DNA from: a virus
Taxonomy: Duplodnaviria; Caudoviricetes
IMG/VR virus record: IMGVR_UViG_3300016666_000162
Coordinates: 1 to 51,777 of that record
Length of the DNA stretch: 51,777 nt
Strand: one strand, 5' to 3'
Both the position numbers and the translations under genes were made by a program. Every line of letters begins with the position of its first letter. Within the stretch, counting starts at the first letter, position 1. Positions 17,688-27,807 of the stretch are shown in pieces. Under the pieces are notes generated by a model, which saw nothing but the letters and a program-made list of their open reading frames with translations, had not been told where the DNA came from and searched no databases.

Positions 17688-19559
17688 TTAGATCGCTGTC
17701 TTACCGGATACCGTGAGCCAATCTGTAGCGCTAGATCCATTTGCGAATACCCACTGCGCACCACCTGTGCAGTCCGAGCAAAATGCCAGCGCTCCAATAT
17801 TGCTAGATGCGCTAATAGCTAACAGTTGCGTGCGAGTGAAGCTATTGAATATCAGCCCCATGCGCATATGCTGCATTCCGCCTGGGTTGTCGGTTTTTAC
17901 GAGCTGGGTGATCTCTATTCCCGACGCCGTAACTACGTTGCGCTTGCGTACGTTTGCGGGCGTGTCGAAGTCGGTGGCCATGGGCTCAACGTTGGAGACC
18001 ACACCGGGGTTTACCGAAGTCCTGAGAAGGACCACTCCAGTAGAGCTGGCAAGTGCAAAAGAACGCGTCATGTTCAGCGTAAAGTCCGAACCCGAGGAGG
18101 CGTCCCCAGTGATCGAAATTTCCCTGCCTGGGCGATCACCAATGGTTGTACCGCGCGCGAGCCTGGATGGGGTGCCACGGTCGTTGACCGCACGAGAAAC
18201 GAACCCTAAGTTGAATCCATTAAGCCCCATAAATTCCCAAAGAATTTCTGCAGCGTAAGCCTGAGCCGCTTTCGTCGGATGCGTACCGTCATCGGTGCCG
18301 AAAATCGCGCCCATCTCAGCGTATGTACCCATCAGGTAATAGCTGTCAAAGAAAAGATACGAGGCGTTTTTGGACCCGCAAAAATTCTTCAGGTACTGAG
18401 ACGAACGTATTTTCAAATTGTCGTTCAACGCACGAGGAGTTGACCCGATGAAGAGCTTGTCGGCGTATGGACTTGACGCATCAAGAATGCCCACCAAATA
18501 GTTGAACGACGCATCAGCCGCTGCGCCATCCCCGAAGTCGTCGTCCATCTCAAAGGTGATGAGGTCAGCGTTTATGTCAGTCAATGCCGCCTGCCAGATC
18601 GCTCGCCCCTGCACGGATGCCGTTGCATCGGCCAACAAAAGGCCACCACGGTTCATGGTCTGATACAGGTCCAGACCGGACACGGTAGTGTTGCGGGTAT
18701 GCACAAAGAGTATGCGTACCGAACCGCCAGAAACGGTAGTCAACACGGCGCCAGTAGCAGCTGCTTGCGTGTAGGACAAAACGCCAAGACCAGTCACATC
18801 AGCGGCAGCGGAGACGGTTGCCACGACGTTACCGCCGACGGAAAGGTTCAGCGTGCCTGCGGAGGGCTCTTTGATGTAATACACCTTCACATCAGTAAAG
18901 GTTGGTGAAGATCCCCCACGCACCCAAAGCGCTGATGCGCCATCATTGAGACGACTGACAAGCCCGGTAGGCCAATACTGATACTGCAGGGTTTCAGCAG
19001 TCACGAGCGAGGCGGTGCTGAGCGAGAGGTCATACCCGCCGGTGGGCGTCCCGTCACCAGAGCTTGCCTCAGCACTATTGACGCCATTCATGTTAACCCC
19101 ACCCATCCTGCGATCTAGTGAGGCGTTGAGCTGAAGCATTTTTGCCCCGGCCAAACTGTCACCAAGAATGACCACCCGCAAATGGCTGATAGCCGAGGCG
19201 GCTGCAAAAAGCTTGCTATATAACTTTCTTGGCTTTCGCAAACTAAGCTCAACAGTCGAGCTTAGACTATCTACCTCTGCGTCATTCGTGACGGATGCAT
19301 TGGCAGTGCTGACGGACACAGCTCCCAAGGTACAGACCACAAGGAACTTTTGATCACCAATGAATGGCCCAATAACCGGAAGCTCTCCAGAACTAACAGC
19401 CCAGGATTCGCTGGAGTTATTACCGCCAAGCATATCGTCAAGATGATAAACAACGCCGGCTGTTCCGATTCCTCCGGATACACTCAGGGTGTAGCCCTCG
19501 TAGAGCGTTACGACTGCCTTATCACCGGCCGGAATGGTCTTCATCGCTTGTTCCTTCAC
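17688..19559 (-). CDS. SGNH/GDSL hydrolase-domain protein, probable virion appendage
   Basis: VVILGDSL (block I) and DGTHPT (DxxH, block V); located inside the head-neck operon; start may be 19544. Confidence 0.7.
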   Translation of the reverse strand: MKEQAMKTIPAGDKAVVTLYEGYTLSVSGGIGTAGVVYHLDDMLGGNNSSESWAVSSGELPVIGPFIGDQKFLVVCTLGAVSVSTANASVTNDAEVDSLSSTVELSLRKPRKLYSKLFAAASAISHLRVVILGDSLAGAKMLQLNASLDRRMGGVNMNGVNSAEASSGDGTPTGGYDLSLSTASLVTAETLQYQYWPTGLVSRLNDGASALWVRGGSSPTFTDVKVYYIKEPSAGTLNLSVGGNVVATVSAAADVTGLGVLSYTQAAATGAVLTTVSGGSVRILFVHTRNTTVSGLDLYQTMNRGGLLLADATASVQGRAIWQAALTDINADLITFEMDDDFGDGAAADASFNYLVGILDASSPYADKLFIGSTPRALNDNLKIRSSQYLKNFCGSKNASYLFFDSYYLMGTYAEMGAIFGTDDGTHPTKAAQAYAAEILWEFMGLNGFNLGFVSRAVNDRGTPSRLARGTTIGDRPGREISITGDASSGSDFTLNMTRSFALASSTGVVLLRTSVNPGVVSNVEPMATDFDTPANVRKRNVVTASGIEITQLVKTDNPGGMQHMRMGLIFNSFTRTQLLAISASSNIGALAFCSDCTGGAQWVFANGSSATDWLTVSGKTAI

Positions 19560-19581
19560 ATTTTGGCTTTCGATTTAACGC

Positions 19582-19932
19582 TTACACGGATGCGTCGAGC
19601 AGGGCCTGGAGAGCGGATAGGTCTGCGCCGTCTTCGAAGGCAATGCTTTTCTCGGTCAGGGCGGACTTGATCACCTCAAGCGCAGCACTGGCTTCATGCT
19701 CGTCGAGCAGCGCTTGCAGCGAATCACGGGACGCATTTCCCCTGAACTCGATGTTCAGCTCGGTCAGCTTGGCCTTGATCTCTGCGGCGGTCAGCTTGGC
19801 CTTTCCGTCGGAGGATTCATCACCGAGCAGAACGTGAAAGCCTGGATCGAAGTCAAAATCATTGATCTCGACGAAATCACCCTGACCCTCACCCCATGTT
19901 TTTACTTGAATAACTGGCATATGTTTCTCCAC
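19582..19932 (-). CDS. HeH/LEM-like repeat protein
   Basis: Two copies of an EIK-LTE-I-F-L-ALLD helix-extension-helix pattern; follows the capsid gene. Confidence 0.65.
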   Translation of the reverse strand: MEKHMPVIQVKTWGEGQGDFVEINDFDFDPGFHVLLGDESSDGKAKLTAAEIKAKLTELNIEFRGNASRDSLQALLDEHEASAALEVIKSALTEKSIAFEDGADLSALQALLDASV

Positions 19933-19966
19933 TGAAGGCCCGGAGCCTGAACTCCGGGCGTTACGA

Positions 19967-21139
19967 TTAGCCCAGCAACAGGCCAGCGTGGCGAGGCGCG
20001 ATCATCTTGACGCCCCAGGCCAGGTTGACCTCGTAGCGAACTTGGCGTTTCTGCTTGTAGATCGCGAACTCGTAGGTCAGGCCCGACACAGGGTCGGTAA
20101 CCATCATCACGTCGTCAGCAGCATCGCCGCCTTCTGGCATCGCAGGAGCGCGAGTAGCCAGTTGGATTGCCGAGCGGTGGAAGAACATGTTGCGGGTGGA
20201 TGCTGCGATCACGGTGATCGCCTTGGCAGCGGCGCTCATTGCAACGCGCAGGCCTGGCTCGGCGATGGTGATCGAACCGCCGTTGGAAGTATCAGCATCA
20301 CCCGAGACAACCACGTACTTGTTGGTGTCGCCAGCGAAGGTGACGATGTCACCCGCGAGGATGGTGCCAGTACCAGCCGAGGCCAGAGTGATCACGGTTG
20401 CACCAACTGCGTAACCGGCGGTGTTGGTGGTGGCAGATGCGCCAGTGCCAGAGATGACACCTTCCTTCACCTGGGCCGAGTTGTGCAGCAGCAGGCCTTG
20501 GTATTCTCCCAGGGCGCCCATGCGCAACAGAGCTTCGGCTTGCGGGCCGCCGGTGTTGGTCTGGAACAGGGTGGACATCTTGCCGCGGATGTTCGCAACG
20601 GCTGCACCGCCGAGGACCATGTGCATGTCGCTTTGTGGAGCACCGTTGTCGTCCAGGATCTTGCGAGCCTGAGCGAAGTCGCTCATGTCGCCGGAGGTGC
20701 CGAACGGAGTGGTACCGGCGGCGCCATAGGCGCGCGAGGTATTGATGTGCAGCGCAGCGAGGTCAGCTTCGACTTCGTTGGTCAGGGTCCGCATGGCTTG
20801 GGCCAGGCGCTGGACGTTGATGCTGCCCAGAGTGCCGGCATTGCTCAGGCCTTTGGTTTCTTCACCAGTGATGCCGAACGGAACCGAACGCGCCTTGGTG
20901 ATAGTCATCTGCACATTGCCGATGGTCTGGTTCGGGGTGTCGGCGGCGTAAGCCGCAGCAACCAGGTCTTCAGCAGCCATTGCGCCAACAACAGGAGAAA
21001 CAACGGCTTGGCCGACGGCTGCACGCTCCGCAGTGGAGTCGCGGGATACGGCCGGGATGAAACCGACCAGCTCGCGGGATACAACGTCCATCGCTTCCTG
21101 AATGGAAGGGATCAGACTGGTGAGGGTCAAAGTGCCCAT
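19967..21139 (-). CDS. Major capsid protein (P22 coat-like)
   Basis: 390 aa after the scaffold; DVVSRELVGFIPAV start and LAWGVK end; internal beta-rich insertion. Confidence 0.88.
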   Translation of the reverse strand: MGTLTLTSLIPSIQEAMDVVSRELVGFIPAVSRDSTAERAAVGQAVVSPVVGAMAAEDLVAAAYAADTPNQTIGNVQMTITKARSVPFGITGEETKGLSNAGTLGSINVQRLAQAMRTLTNEVEADLAALHINTSRAYGAAGTTPFGTSGDMSDFAQARKILDDNGAPQSDMHMVLGGAAVANIRGKMSTLFQTNTGGPQAEALLRMGALGEYQGLLLHNSAQVKEGVISGTGASATTNTAGYAVGATVITLASAGTGTILAGDIVTFAGDTNKYVVVSGDADTSNGGSITIAEPGLRVAMSAAAKAITVIAASTRNMFFHRSAIQLATRAPAMPEGGDAADDVMMVTDPVSGLTYEFAIYKQKRQVRYEVNLAWGVKMIAPRHAGLLLG

Positions 21140-21152
21140 GCGGTGTTACCTC

Positions 21153-21920
21153 TTAATCGACAATCTGGATTTTCGCCTGGACCGCCGCTCGCTGATCGAG
21201 GGGGCTCAAGGCTTCGTATTGGGTTCGTTTCATGGTCTTGGCCCCCATCTGCACGTTGCTCTGTTGCGAGCCACCGCCATTAGCGGAAGCAGGGAACCAG
21301 TGCGGAGCCTTGTCTTTCATGTCGCTGAACCACTCCTTGAGCGTCAGCGGCTTGCCGTCCTTGCCGAATGCGTCTTCTACGGCGACAGGGTTGCCCTCGT
21401 CGTCGAGCTTGAAGGTCGCACTGGCGCGGAGCAGCGCATCATCAATTGCGTACTGGTGGAGGCCAGCAGCGGTTGCTTCTGCACGGATGCCGTTTTCAAG
21501 GACGCGGCGACTGAACTTGTCAGCCCGAGCCTCGGCAGCCTCGCGAGCGGTACGTTCTTTGGCGGTTTCCTGTTCGAAGCCTGCTTTCATGCGCGTGGTG
21601 CGCTTGTCGAGCACTTCGTCGATCTTGCCGGCAGCAATCAGGCCAGCTTCTTCGTCGTTGGCGAACTTCGACAGGATGTTCCGAACCGCATCAGGGTCGA
21701 TTCCTTCGAAACGAGCAGCGTTCTCGCCGGCAGCCTTAAGCTTGCCGAGCAGTTCGCTGTTCTTGGTCTTCAGGCCGCCTACAGCCGCTTCTACAGCAGC
21801 GGCAATCTGCGCCTGCACCTCAGGGGATGGGGCAGGGGGAGTGCCGTCGCCGCCACCGCCACCATTGCCGCCCTCTCCTTCTGGAGCCATCAACGGATAC
21901 CACTTGCCGAAAATAAACAT
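21153..21920 (-). CDS. Capsid scaffolding protein
   Basis: Coiled coil, GLKTKNSELL, APHWFP-GGGS; directly precedes the capsid gene. Confidence 0.8.
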   Translation of the reverse strand: MFIFGKWYPLMAPEGEGGNGGGGGDGTPPAPSPEVQAQIAAAVEAAVGGLKTKNSELLGKLKAAGENAARFEGIDPDAVRNILSKFANDEEAGLIAAGKIDEVLDKRTTRMKAGFEQETAKERTAREAAEARADKFSRRVLENGIRAEATAAGLHQYAIDDALLRASATFKLDDEGNPVAVEDAFGKDGKPLTLKEWFSDMKDKAPHWFPASANGGGSQQSNVQMGAKTMKRTQYEALSPLDQRAAVQAKIQIVD

Positions 21921-21957
21921 CTGCTAACCCCTTGGGTCTGTTGGCCGCCTGGCGGCA

Positions 21958-22030
21958 ATAAAAAGCCCCGTCATGGACGAGGCTTGTGTGAATCTCGGGT
22001 ATAAAAAAGCCCCGGCGGATGCCAGGGCTG
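21958..22030 (-). terminator. Two tandem intrinsic terminators upstream of the scaffold gene
   Basis: Two GC hairpins, each followed by a U-tract on the minus strand. Confidence 0.6.
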
Positions 22031-22044
22031 TTTGAATTCGTTTT

Positions 22045-22305
22045 CTAATGCCTGTGAGCGAGTCGGTGCTCTGGCATTATCAGTGTCATCGTTTGGCGAA
22101 TCTCAGAAAGCTCTGAGTCGGCCCACTTCCTGTAATGGTCATCAGACTCTTTCGTATGGAGCCCCATCGATCTGCATGCCGAAGGCGGAACACGGGTCAT
22201 AACAAGGAGCTCTCTACGCTCAAGGGTTCGAATGGCTTCGCTGTTATCGACAGCAGCATCAATCTGGGCGAGCCGCTGAATCATCACGTCATATGCTCTA
22301 GTCAT
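22045..22305 (-). CDS. Hypothetical protein
   Basis: MTRAYDVM start overlaps the upstream stop; 86 aa. Confidence 0.5.
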   Translation of the reverse strand: MTRAYDVMIQRLAQIDAAVDNSEAIRTLERRELLVMTRVPPSACRSMGLHTKESDDHYRKWADSELSEIRQTMTLIMPEHRLAHRH

Positions 22306-22550
22306 AATACCACCCTCTCCCCCTTCATCAGGCAGCAGACGCACAGCAGCGCCTTGGTCCCGCCAGTTGGCTTGCCGTTCTTCATCAGGACGCCGATCTT
22401 GGTCTCGATCACTTCCCTGCCTCCGCAACGATGGCACTGAACCATCGTCGCTGGCTTCGGCATGGCACGTACACGCTTGCGCACCTCTTCCGCCGGAGTG
22501 TCTGGAGCCTTGGTGCCATCGATTACGTGGAAGCGTGGTTTGTCGGTCAT
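22302..22550 (-). CDS. Small zinc-ribbon protein
   Basis: CHRCGG and CVCC; coupled to the minor head gene. Confidence 0.7.
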   Translation of the reverse strand: MTDKPRFHVIDGTKAPDTPAEEVRKRVRAMPKPATMVQCHRCGGREVIETKIGVLMKNGKPTGGTKALLCVCCLMKGERVVL

Positions 22551-23662
22551 GCGGCGATCTTAGCAAATGCCGCCGCGTCCCGCTCTTTGATCTGGTCCAA
22601 CGTCATCCACTCACCCGTTGGCGTGTAGAAGTCCTCTAGATCAAGCTTGCCATCCTTCAGCAGCTGGTAGCGCGCTGGGCCGAGCACCTCGATCTTGCGG
22701 GCGTCCGACTGGCGGCTGAGCCATTCGCTGTAGGTGGTGTTGCCCGGCACTTGGCCGTCCATGCTGGCGCGCTGGGATGGCGTCATCTCGTCGATGTTCA
22801 TGCCCAACTCTTTCCAGCTCTTGGTCACCGGTGCCGACGTTGACCGGCAGCACCAGTGGATCTTGCCAGGGCCTTGCAGCCAGGGCACCTTGTGACCGAT
22901 GGGCTTGTGCGTCACGGCGGTGTACTGAAGCTGGTCACGAATCCTGCACTGGGCGCTGGTCCTATTGTCTAGCGTACTGATCCACCTGTCCGCCTTGATG
23001 ATCTCTTCGTTGGCCTTGACGAACTCATCCCGCGCAGTAGCCGCAGTGTGGCTCACAGCCGTCCTAACGACCGCTGCAAGGTCTTTCCGAGGCCGCTCAA
23101 GGAAGCCATCGGAGTATCCAGACGCCCGAGAGCCGCGAATGCCGCGAATGATCTGGTCAGTCGTCTTGCCTTCGAGGTAACCGGTGCGGATCGCGTTGCG
23201 GATCTTTGTCATCCGGTCGGCGGCGATCTCAGTCCCCCAGTCCTTGAGCAAACGCCCCTGGAATGGCCTTGCCATAGCCGCAGCATAAGCCTGTTCGGCG
23301 CTGACACTGGCAATCGGGAAGCGGACCTGCACCGGGTCGGGGATAGTCGTCTCGAGCAGCGATTGCTGCCAACTCACCTCGTAGCCTGACAGGTCCTTCA
23401 GGTCGCTCTGTAGCTCAGCGGTTACCGAAGCATAGGCCTGAGTGTTGATCAGCCTAACCTGATCTAGCAGCAGCTCCAGGCGCTCAACCGTGAATGACTC
23501 TGGTGGCAACCGCTCCAATGCAGCGGACAGAGCAGCCGAAAGGTCAATATCGGACTTATTCAGCAGCGAAATGATCCGCTTGACTACGCCAACCTTATAT
23601 TTCTCTAGGCTGACCGCATGGGCGACCTGTTCGTCCTCAAGTATCTGGTTGACTGTCAACAT
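22547..23662 (-). CDS. Minor head protein (SPP1 gp7 / MuF family)
   Basis: VRTAVSH, WISTLDNRTS-C, HWCCRS motifs. Confidence 0.88.
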   Translation of the reverse strand: MLTVNQILEDEQVAHAVSLEKYKVGVVKRIISLLNKSDIDLSAALSAALERLPPESFTVERLELLLDQVRLINTQAYASVTAELQSDLKDLSGYEVSWQQSLLETTIPDPVQVRFPIASVSAEQAYAAAMARPFQGRLLKDWGTEIAADRMTKIRNAIRTGYLEGKTTDQIIRGIRGSRASGYSDGFLERPRKDLAAVVRTAVSHTAATARDEFVKANEEIIKADRWISTLDNRTSAQCRIRDQLQYTAVTHKPIGHKVPWLQGPGKIHWCCRSTSAPVTKSWKELGMNIDEMTPSQRASMDGQVPGNTTYSEWLSRQSDARKIEVLGPARYQLLKDGKLDLEDFYTPTGEWMTLDQIKERDAAAFAKIAA

Positions 23663-23873
23663 TGATCTGCGCCCGCTTGAAGAAATCGTACTGCTCAACC
23701 ACATGAACGAGCGTGTCAGCCTCGTCGCGCGTAAGGATGCGAGTTACTTCGATAGCGGCAATGCTGCCAGGCTCAAGATTGAGCTTTATGCCAGTCACCA
23801 GGCTTGGGTCAAGTCCGACGATATTGCATAGCTGTACCGCGATGTCTCGGCCCATTACATGCTTGATAGCCAT
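23637..23873 (-). CDS. Hypothetical protein between portal and minor head
   Basis: 78 aa ORF starting immediately after the portal stop. Confidence 0.6.
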   Translation of the reverse strand: MAIKHVMGRDIAVQLCNIVGLDPSLVTGIKLNLEPGSIAAIEVTRILTRDEADTLVHVVEQYDFFKRAQINVDSQPDT

Positions 23874-25265
23874 TTAGAGTACCCCGAGGCCAGGCCCTTG
23901 CGTTGCGATCTTGGCTTGTTCGTCTTCCCACTTGATGTCGCTCGACACCACGTTGCGGCGCTGCATCTCTGAGAACAGCGTCTCGTCAGACAGGCGGCCT
24001 TGCGATGCCATGTTGAGCAGCAGCGGGAGTGTAGTTTCCGGCGCGAAGTCTACGTCGAAGTTGCCCTGCACCTGCACATGGCCACCTTCAGGAAGGTCAC
24101 TCAGCTCGGCGAAGTGCTGGAGGATCTGGTCAAGTGCGTCTTCAAGGCCGCTCGCCATGGTTTGAAGCGGGCTCAGCTCCTGAGCTGCCTCTTCCTCGGC
24201 TTGCGTGGCAGTCTTCACCGCCTGCTTGTCCTTCTGGAGCAGCTTGGCACCTGCAACGCGCATCTGGTCTTCGAGGTCAGCCAGCGATGTGCGCCCGGCC
24301 TCGATCGACGCGCCGGTGTGCTCTACCCACTTCATGTCGCCGTCTTTCGGCAGCTTGGTAGCGGATGCGGTACCTACTTTCAGCTCCCAGGAATCATCAT
24401 CGATGCCCGAGATCGCCAGCATCGGCACCCGGGCAACGTGCAGGATGTTGTCCTGATCGCTCTGGGACTGCCAGTGCTTGGCGTTGAGATAGGCCAGCTC
24501 CAGCAGTGGCGGCCGGGCGGTCATGAACCCTGTACGGTCGGTGTAGAGGGTTGTCAGTGCGATGTGATCGAGAGAGGTCGAGCCTTCCTCGTAAAGCATC
24601 CACGTCTTGTTGTCCTTGTCGTCTTTCGTCTCGCGGTAGGTCTGCCAGGCTCCAGGGGTCAGTACGCGGATCTGGTCGATGGACTTGATGCCGAACAGAC
24701 CGTCTTCCTCTTCGACAGACTCCATGTAACGGAACTGGTCGAGTGAATACTGCCCGTTGCGGTTACTAACGCGCCATCCGATCACCTGCTGAGGGCGGAT
24801 CATGATGGCGTATGGACGAGCGTTGATAGCCTTAGCGTCAGCCAGGGTAGCCGGCCGCTCGTCGTCACCAGTCTGAATCTTAGGGTACTCAGCCAGCGCA
24901 TGGCACAGGCCGTGCGACAGCGCTTGAGTGAAGAATGACTTCGCCCAGACCTGCAGGTTATTACCCTGGCGATCAAAGTCCTGAGTCAGCTCAGCGACCT
25001 GCGGCGGGACATCTTCACCCAGCACGATCGGCTCAGCGAATACGCGCCCGGCGTTGTTCTTCACCGTCTCTCGGTAAGCCGGGAATAGGGTCGAAAGGCT
25101 CAGGCGCTTCCGATAGTCGCAGTCCTCTTCCTTCGGCCACTTCGGCAGCAGCGCAGTGCCAGCCTCACGCATCGCCCGGGTGCCGCCCATCAAAGGATCG
25201 ACGATGGCCCAGTCTTCGCGCATGGCGTCTACTGCCGGTAGCGTTTTGCTTGGGTCATCAGACAT
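23874..25265 (-). CDS. Portal protein (DUF4055-type)
   Basis: 463 aa after TerL; PPLLELAYLNAKHWQSQSD and KTATQA. Confidence 0.88.
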   Translation of the reverse strand: MSDDPSKTLPAVDAMREDWAIVDPLMGGTRAMREAGTALLPKWPKEEDCDYRKRLSLSTLFPAYRETVKNNAGRVFAEPIVLGEDVPPQVAELTQDFDRQGNNLQVWAKSFFTQALSHGLCHALAEYPKIQTGDDERPATLADAKAINARPYAIMIRPQQVIGWRVSNRNGQYSLDQFRYMESVEEEDGLFGIKSIDQIRVLTPGAWQTYRETKDDKDNKTWMLYEEGSTSLDHIALTTLYTDRTGFMTARPPLLELAYLNAKHWQSQSDQDNILHVARVPMLAISGIDDDSWELKVGTASATKLPKDGDMKWVEHTGASIEAGRTSLADLEDQMRVAGAKLLQKDKQAVKTATQAEEEAAQELSPLQTMASGLEDALDQILQHFAELSDLPEGGHVQVQGNFDVDFAPETTLPLLLNMASQGRLSDETLFSEMQRRNVVSSDIKWEDEQAKIATQGPGLGVL

Positions 25266-25267
25266 AT

Positions 25268-26752
25268 CTAGATTCTCAGAGGTGCGGTGGATGCGGTGCG
25301 TACACGCTTGGTCTTGGCAACAGCAAAGTATCTGAAGGCGTCGGAGCCGTGAGAGGTCGCATCATGGAATGGCTTGTCTTTCCAGCAGCCGCGGTTCTCG
25401 TCCCACTCCTTGCGGTAGTTTTCGAGGTGACCGATGCCTTCTTCGCACTTGGACTCATCGAACACGCAGAGCGGAAGGATCTCCCGCGCCGCCTCGATGC
25501 CGGTATCAATGCCGGTCTTGGGTACGACCTGGAACCGAATGGAGTACTGGTCTCCGTCGATCACATAGCCCTCTTTGGCGATGTCCTTGCGACTTTTGGC
25601 ATCACTGCCGAACTCGCGGTTCTCGATGTCGTGCGGTCCCCAGTGCTCGGAGTAGGTGTAACCCTTGTCCTTGAGCACCTTCATGTAATGCCGCAGGCCT
25701 TCGCCTGAGTTCTCGTAGTAATCGATGACGTGGTATTCGGTACCGATCTGACGCACGAACCAGATGGCCGTGGAGTCGCCGATGCCGATGTCCCAGAAGG
25801 TCATCACCGGCTGGTGACTGTTGTCCGGGATAACCCCTATGCGCTTCTCGGCATAGAGCTTGGCAAATTGCTTGGCGTAGTAGGCGCCTTCGACCGACTG
25901 CTGGAAGGCCTCGACCGGCACTGACGGGTATTCCCGCTTCATGTCGTCGCCGAGTGTCTTTTCCTTGGCCGCGTACCAGGCGCGCTGGCCTGGGTTCGTG
26001 TCAATGCCGTACTTCGCGAACAGTTCGTTGAAGTAGTCAGTCAGGCGCTGCGGGATGACCACGTCAGTTGAGTCAAGCCAATAGGCCTTGTTCTTCCACC
26101 AGGAGAAGAAGAAAAACTTCCAGTCCAGCAGGCCCAGGGGCACACCAGCGAGTTGCTGTCGTTCCGCGCTCTGCGAGTAATCGAAGAAGTAGCCCGCCCG
26201 GCCCTCCGCCGTCGATTCAATCGTGACGAAGCAATCGGTGGCGACAGCCTCGAAGGCGCCGGTGACGATCTCGCGCGCCTTGTGTGGAAACTTGGCGCAG
26301 ATCTTCCCGAACTCGGAGACGTGCAGGTAACGCAGCGTGCCGCCCCGGAATGAGGTGCTGACGTAGAGCGAGCCGCCCTTGCTGAACACCAACTCACCGG
26401 CAGCATCGTTGCTCGCCGGGTTAGCAGCGCGTATCTCGGCCGGCAGGTTGTCGTAAGCGTACTTAACCTTCTCACGGAACAGGCGCTTGGCATCGTTCAG
26501 GGTGTGAGCGATCAGGGCGCACTTGGCAGACTCGAACAGTGCAGCGTCCAGCTGGATGATGCAGCACTCGGTGGTGAAGCCAAGCTGCCGAGCCTTCAGG
26601 ATGATGTTGCGGGTGTGCATCCCATCAAAGTACTCGATCTGCTCGTCCGTCATTCGGAAGCGGACCTTCTTGCCCTGCTTGTCCGTGATGAAGTAGAGGT
26701 TGTTCAGGCGCCATCGCTTATCCCGGAGCAGCTTCAAGTGCTCGGGCTTCAT
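25268..26752 (-). CDS. terL: Terminase large subunit
   Basis: LKARQLGFTT (Walker A), LHVSE (Walker B), ESTAEG, nuclease WDIG and SHGSDAFRY. Confidence 0.93.
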   Translation of the reverse strand: MKPEHLKLLRDKRWRLNNLYFITDKQGKKVRFRMTDEQIEYFDGMHTRNIILKARQLGFTTECCIIQLDAALFESAKCALIAHTLNDAKRLFREKVKYAYDNLPAEIRAANPASNDAAGELVFSKGGSLYVSTSFRGGTLRYLHVSEFGKICAKFPHKAREIVTGAFEAVATDCFVTIESTAEGRAGYFFDYSQSAERQQLAGVPLGLLDWKFFFFSWWKNKAYWLDSTDVVIPQRLTDYFNELFAKYGIDTNPGQRAWYAAKEKTLGDDMKREYPSVPVEAFQQSVEGAYYAKQFAKLYAEKRIGVIPDNSHQPVMTFWDIGIGDSTAIWFVRQIGTEYHVIDYYENSGEGLRHYMKVLKDKGYTYSEHWGPHDIENREFGSDAKSRKDIAKEGYVIDGDQYSIRFQVVPKTGIDTGIEAAREILPLCVFDESKCEEGIGHLENYRKEWDENRGCWKDKPFHDATSHGSDAFRYFAVAKTKRVRTASTAPLRI

Positions 26753-26753
26753 A

Positions 26754-27362
26754 TCAGGCGTCCTTCGATAGATCGTCCATCAGTTTGGATAGCTCGTCGG
26801 CGTCATTGCCGCCAGATTTGGTATCGAGGTCATAGGCTTGGCGCTCCAGGGAGATCAGGGTCTTCAGCGTCTCCGCCATTTCCTTCATCGTCTTGGAGCG
26901 GCCAGGCAGATCGATGATCTTCTGGTACAGATCGTTGCGCTTGTCCTGCCCGTTGTCATCCTCGGATCGCATCAGCTCGCCGAGCTCTTCGAACAGTTGG
27001 CGGTTATCCGTCAGGCCCTCAAGCTCGTCCAACAGCTTGTTGGTGAGGCGCCGGCCACGAGAAATATCACCGCGGTGAGCCATGCGAATGTTCGCAATGA
27101 CCTCGGCGTTGACCTCGATGATCTCCCTTTCGGTATCCGCCTGTTTGGTGGATACCGAAGTGGATACCGTGCGCTTGGATACCAGTGCGTCGGCCTTGGC
27201 CTGGATCTTTGCCTTGAGGTTCCGCTCCCATCCATCCCGCTTGGCGCGCTTGTTGATTGCGCCGTGGGTAATGCCTTGGGTTGATGCGATCTCCCGGATG
27301 GAAAGCAACCCGGCCCGGTAGGCGCGTTCGATTGCCTCCCAGTCGGGCTGCTTTGCTTTCAT
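26754..27362 (-). CDS. terS: Terminase small subunit
   Basis: PDWEAIERAYRAG-SIREIA HTH, AKRDGWER; precedes TerL. Confidence 0.85.
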   Translation of the reverse strand: MKAKQPDWEAIERAYRAGLLSIREIASTQGITHGAINKRAKRDGWERNLKAKIQAKADALVSKRTVSTSVSTKQADTEREIIEVNAEVIANIRMAHRGDISRGRRLTNKLLDELEGLTDNRQLFEELGELMRSEDDNGQDKRNDLYQKIIDLPGRSKTMKEMAETLKTLISLERQAYDLDTKSGGNDADELSKLMDDLSKDA

Positions 27363-27372
27363 GCTGAATTCC

Positions 27373-27807
27373 TTATTGCTGCTCGACCTTCACGGTGAAC
27401 GTTCTGATCTTCCCGCCAGTGCCTGTATCGCGCTTGGCTGCCATCTCAATGGCCTGATAGGCGGACGCACCCATGTCGAGAGCCGTGTAGGCATGATCCC
27501 GACCGCTGCCGATGGCATAGGCCTTGTCAGGGAGCACAGAGCTCTCCACGATCTTGCCGTCTTCATAGCTGATCAGGCTTAACTCTCCGCTCTTGCACAC
27601 AATGGCAAAGGCCCCGCAGTCGCCGGCGATCTCTTCGCTACTGTATGCCTTGATCAGATCGTTGATCTCTGACGTGCCGCCAGCGCCGAAGAAGAAAACC
27701 CCATCGCGCTCACGCATCTTGTCGAAGTCGTCATAGACGATCGTGCCGCCAGCAGTGCAGCGGCCGTCATAGGCGATGATGCCGTCTTTGTAGGCAATGG
27801 TCGTCAT
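27373..27807 (-). CDS. HslV/proteasome-beta-like Ntn hydrolase
   Basis: M-TTIAY N-terminal Thr, D-R-T, K, AIGSG and RDTGTGG motifs. Confidence 0.75.
   Translation of the reverse strand: MTTIAYKDGIIAYDGRCTAGGTIVYDDFDKMRERDGVFFFGAGGTSEINDLIKAYSSEEIAGDCGAFAIVCKSGELSLISYEDGKIVESSVLPDKAYAIGSGRDHAYTALDMGASAYQAIEMAAKRDTGTGGKIRTFTVKVEQQ

Noticed and set aside
19988-21283. 431-aa plus-strand ORF and other long antisense ORFs (2831-4018, 14569-15717, 45292-46470)
   Set aside because: Shadow frames of well-supported genes in GC-rich DNA; no motifs or SD
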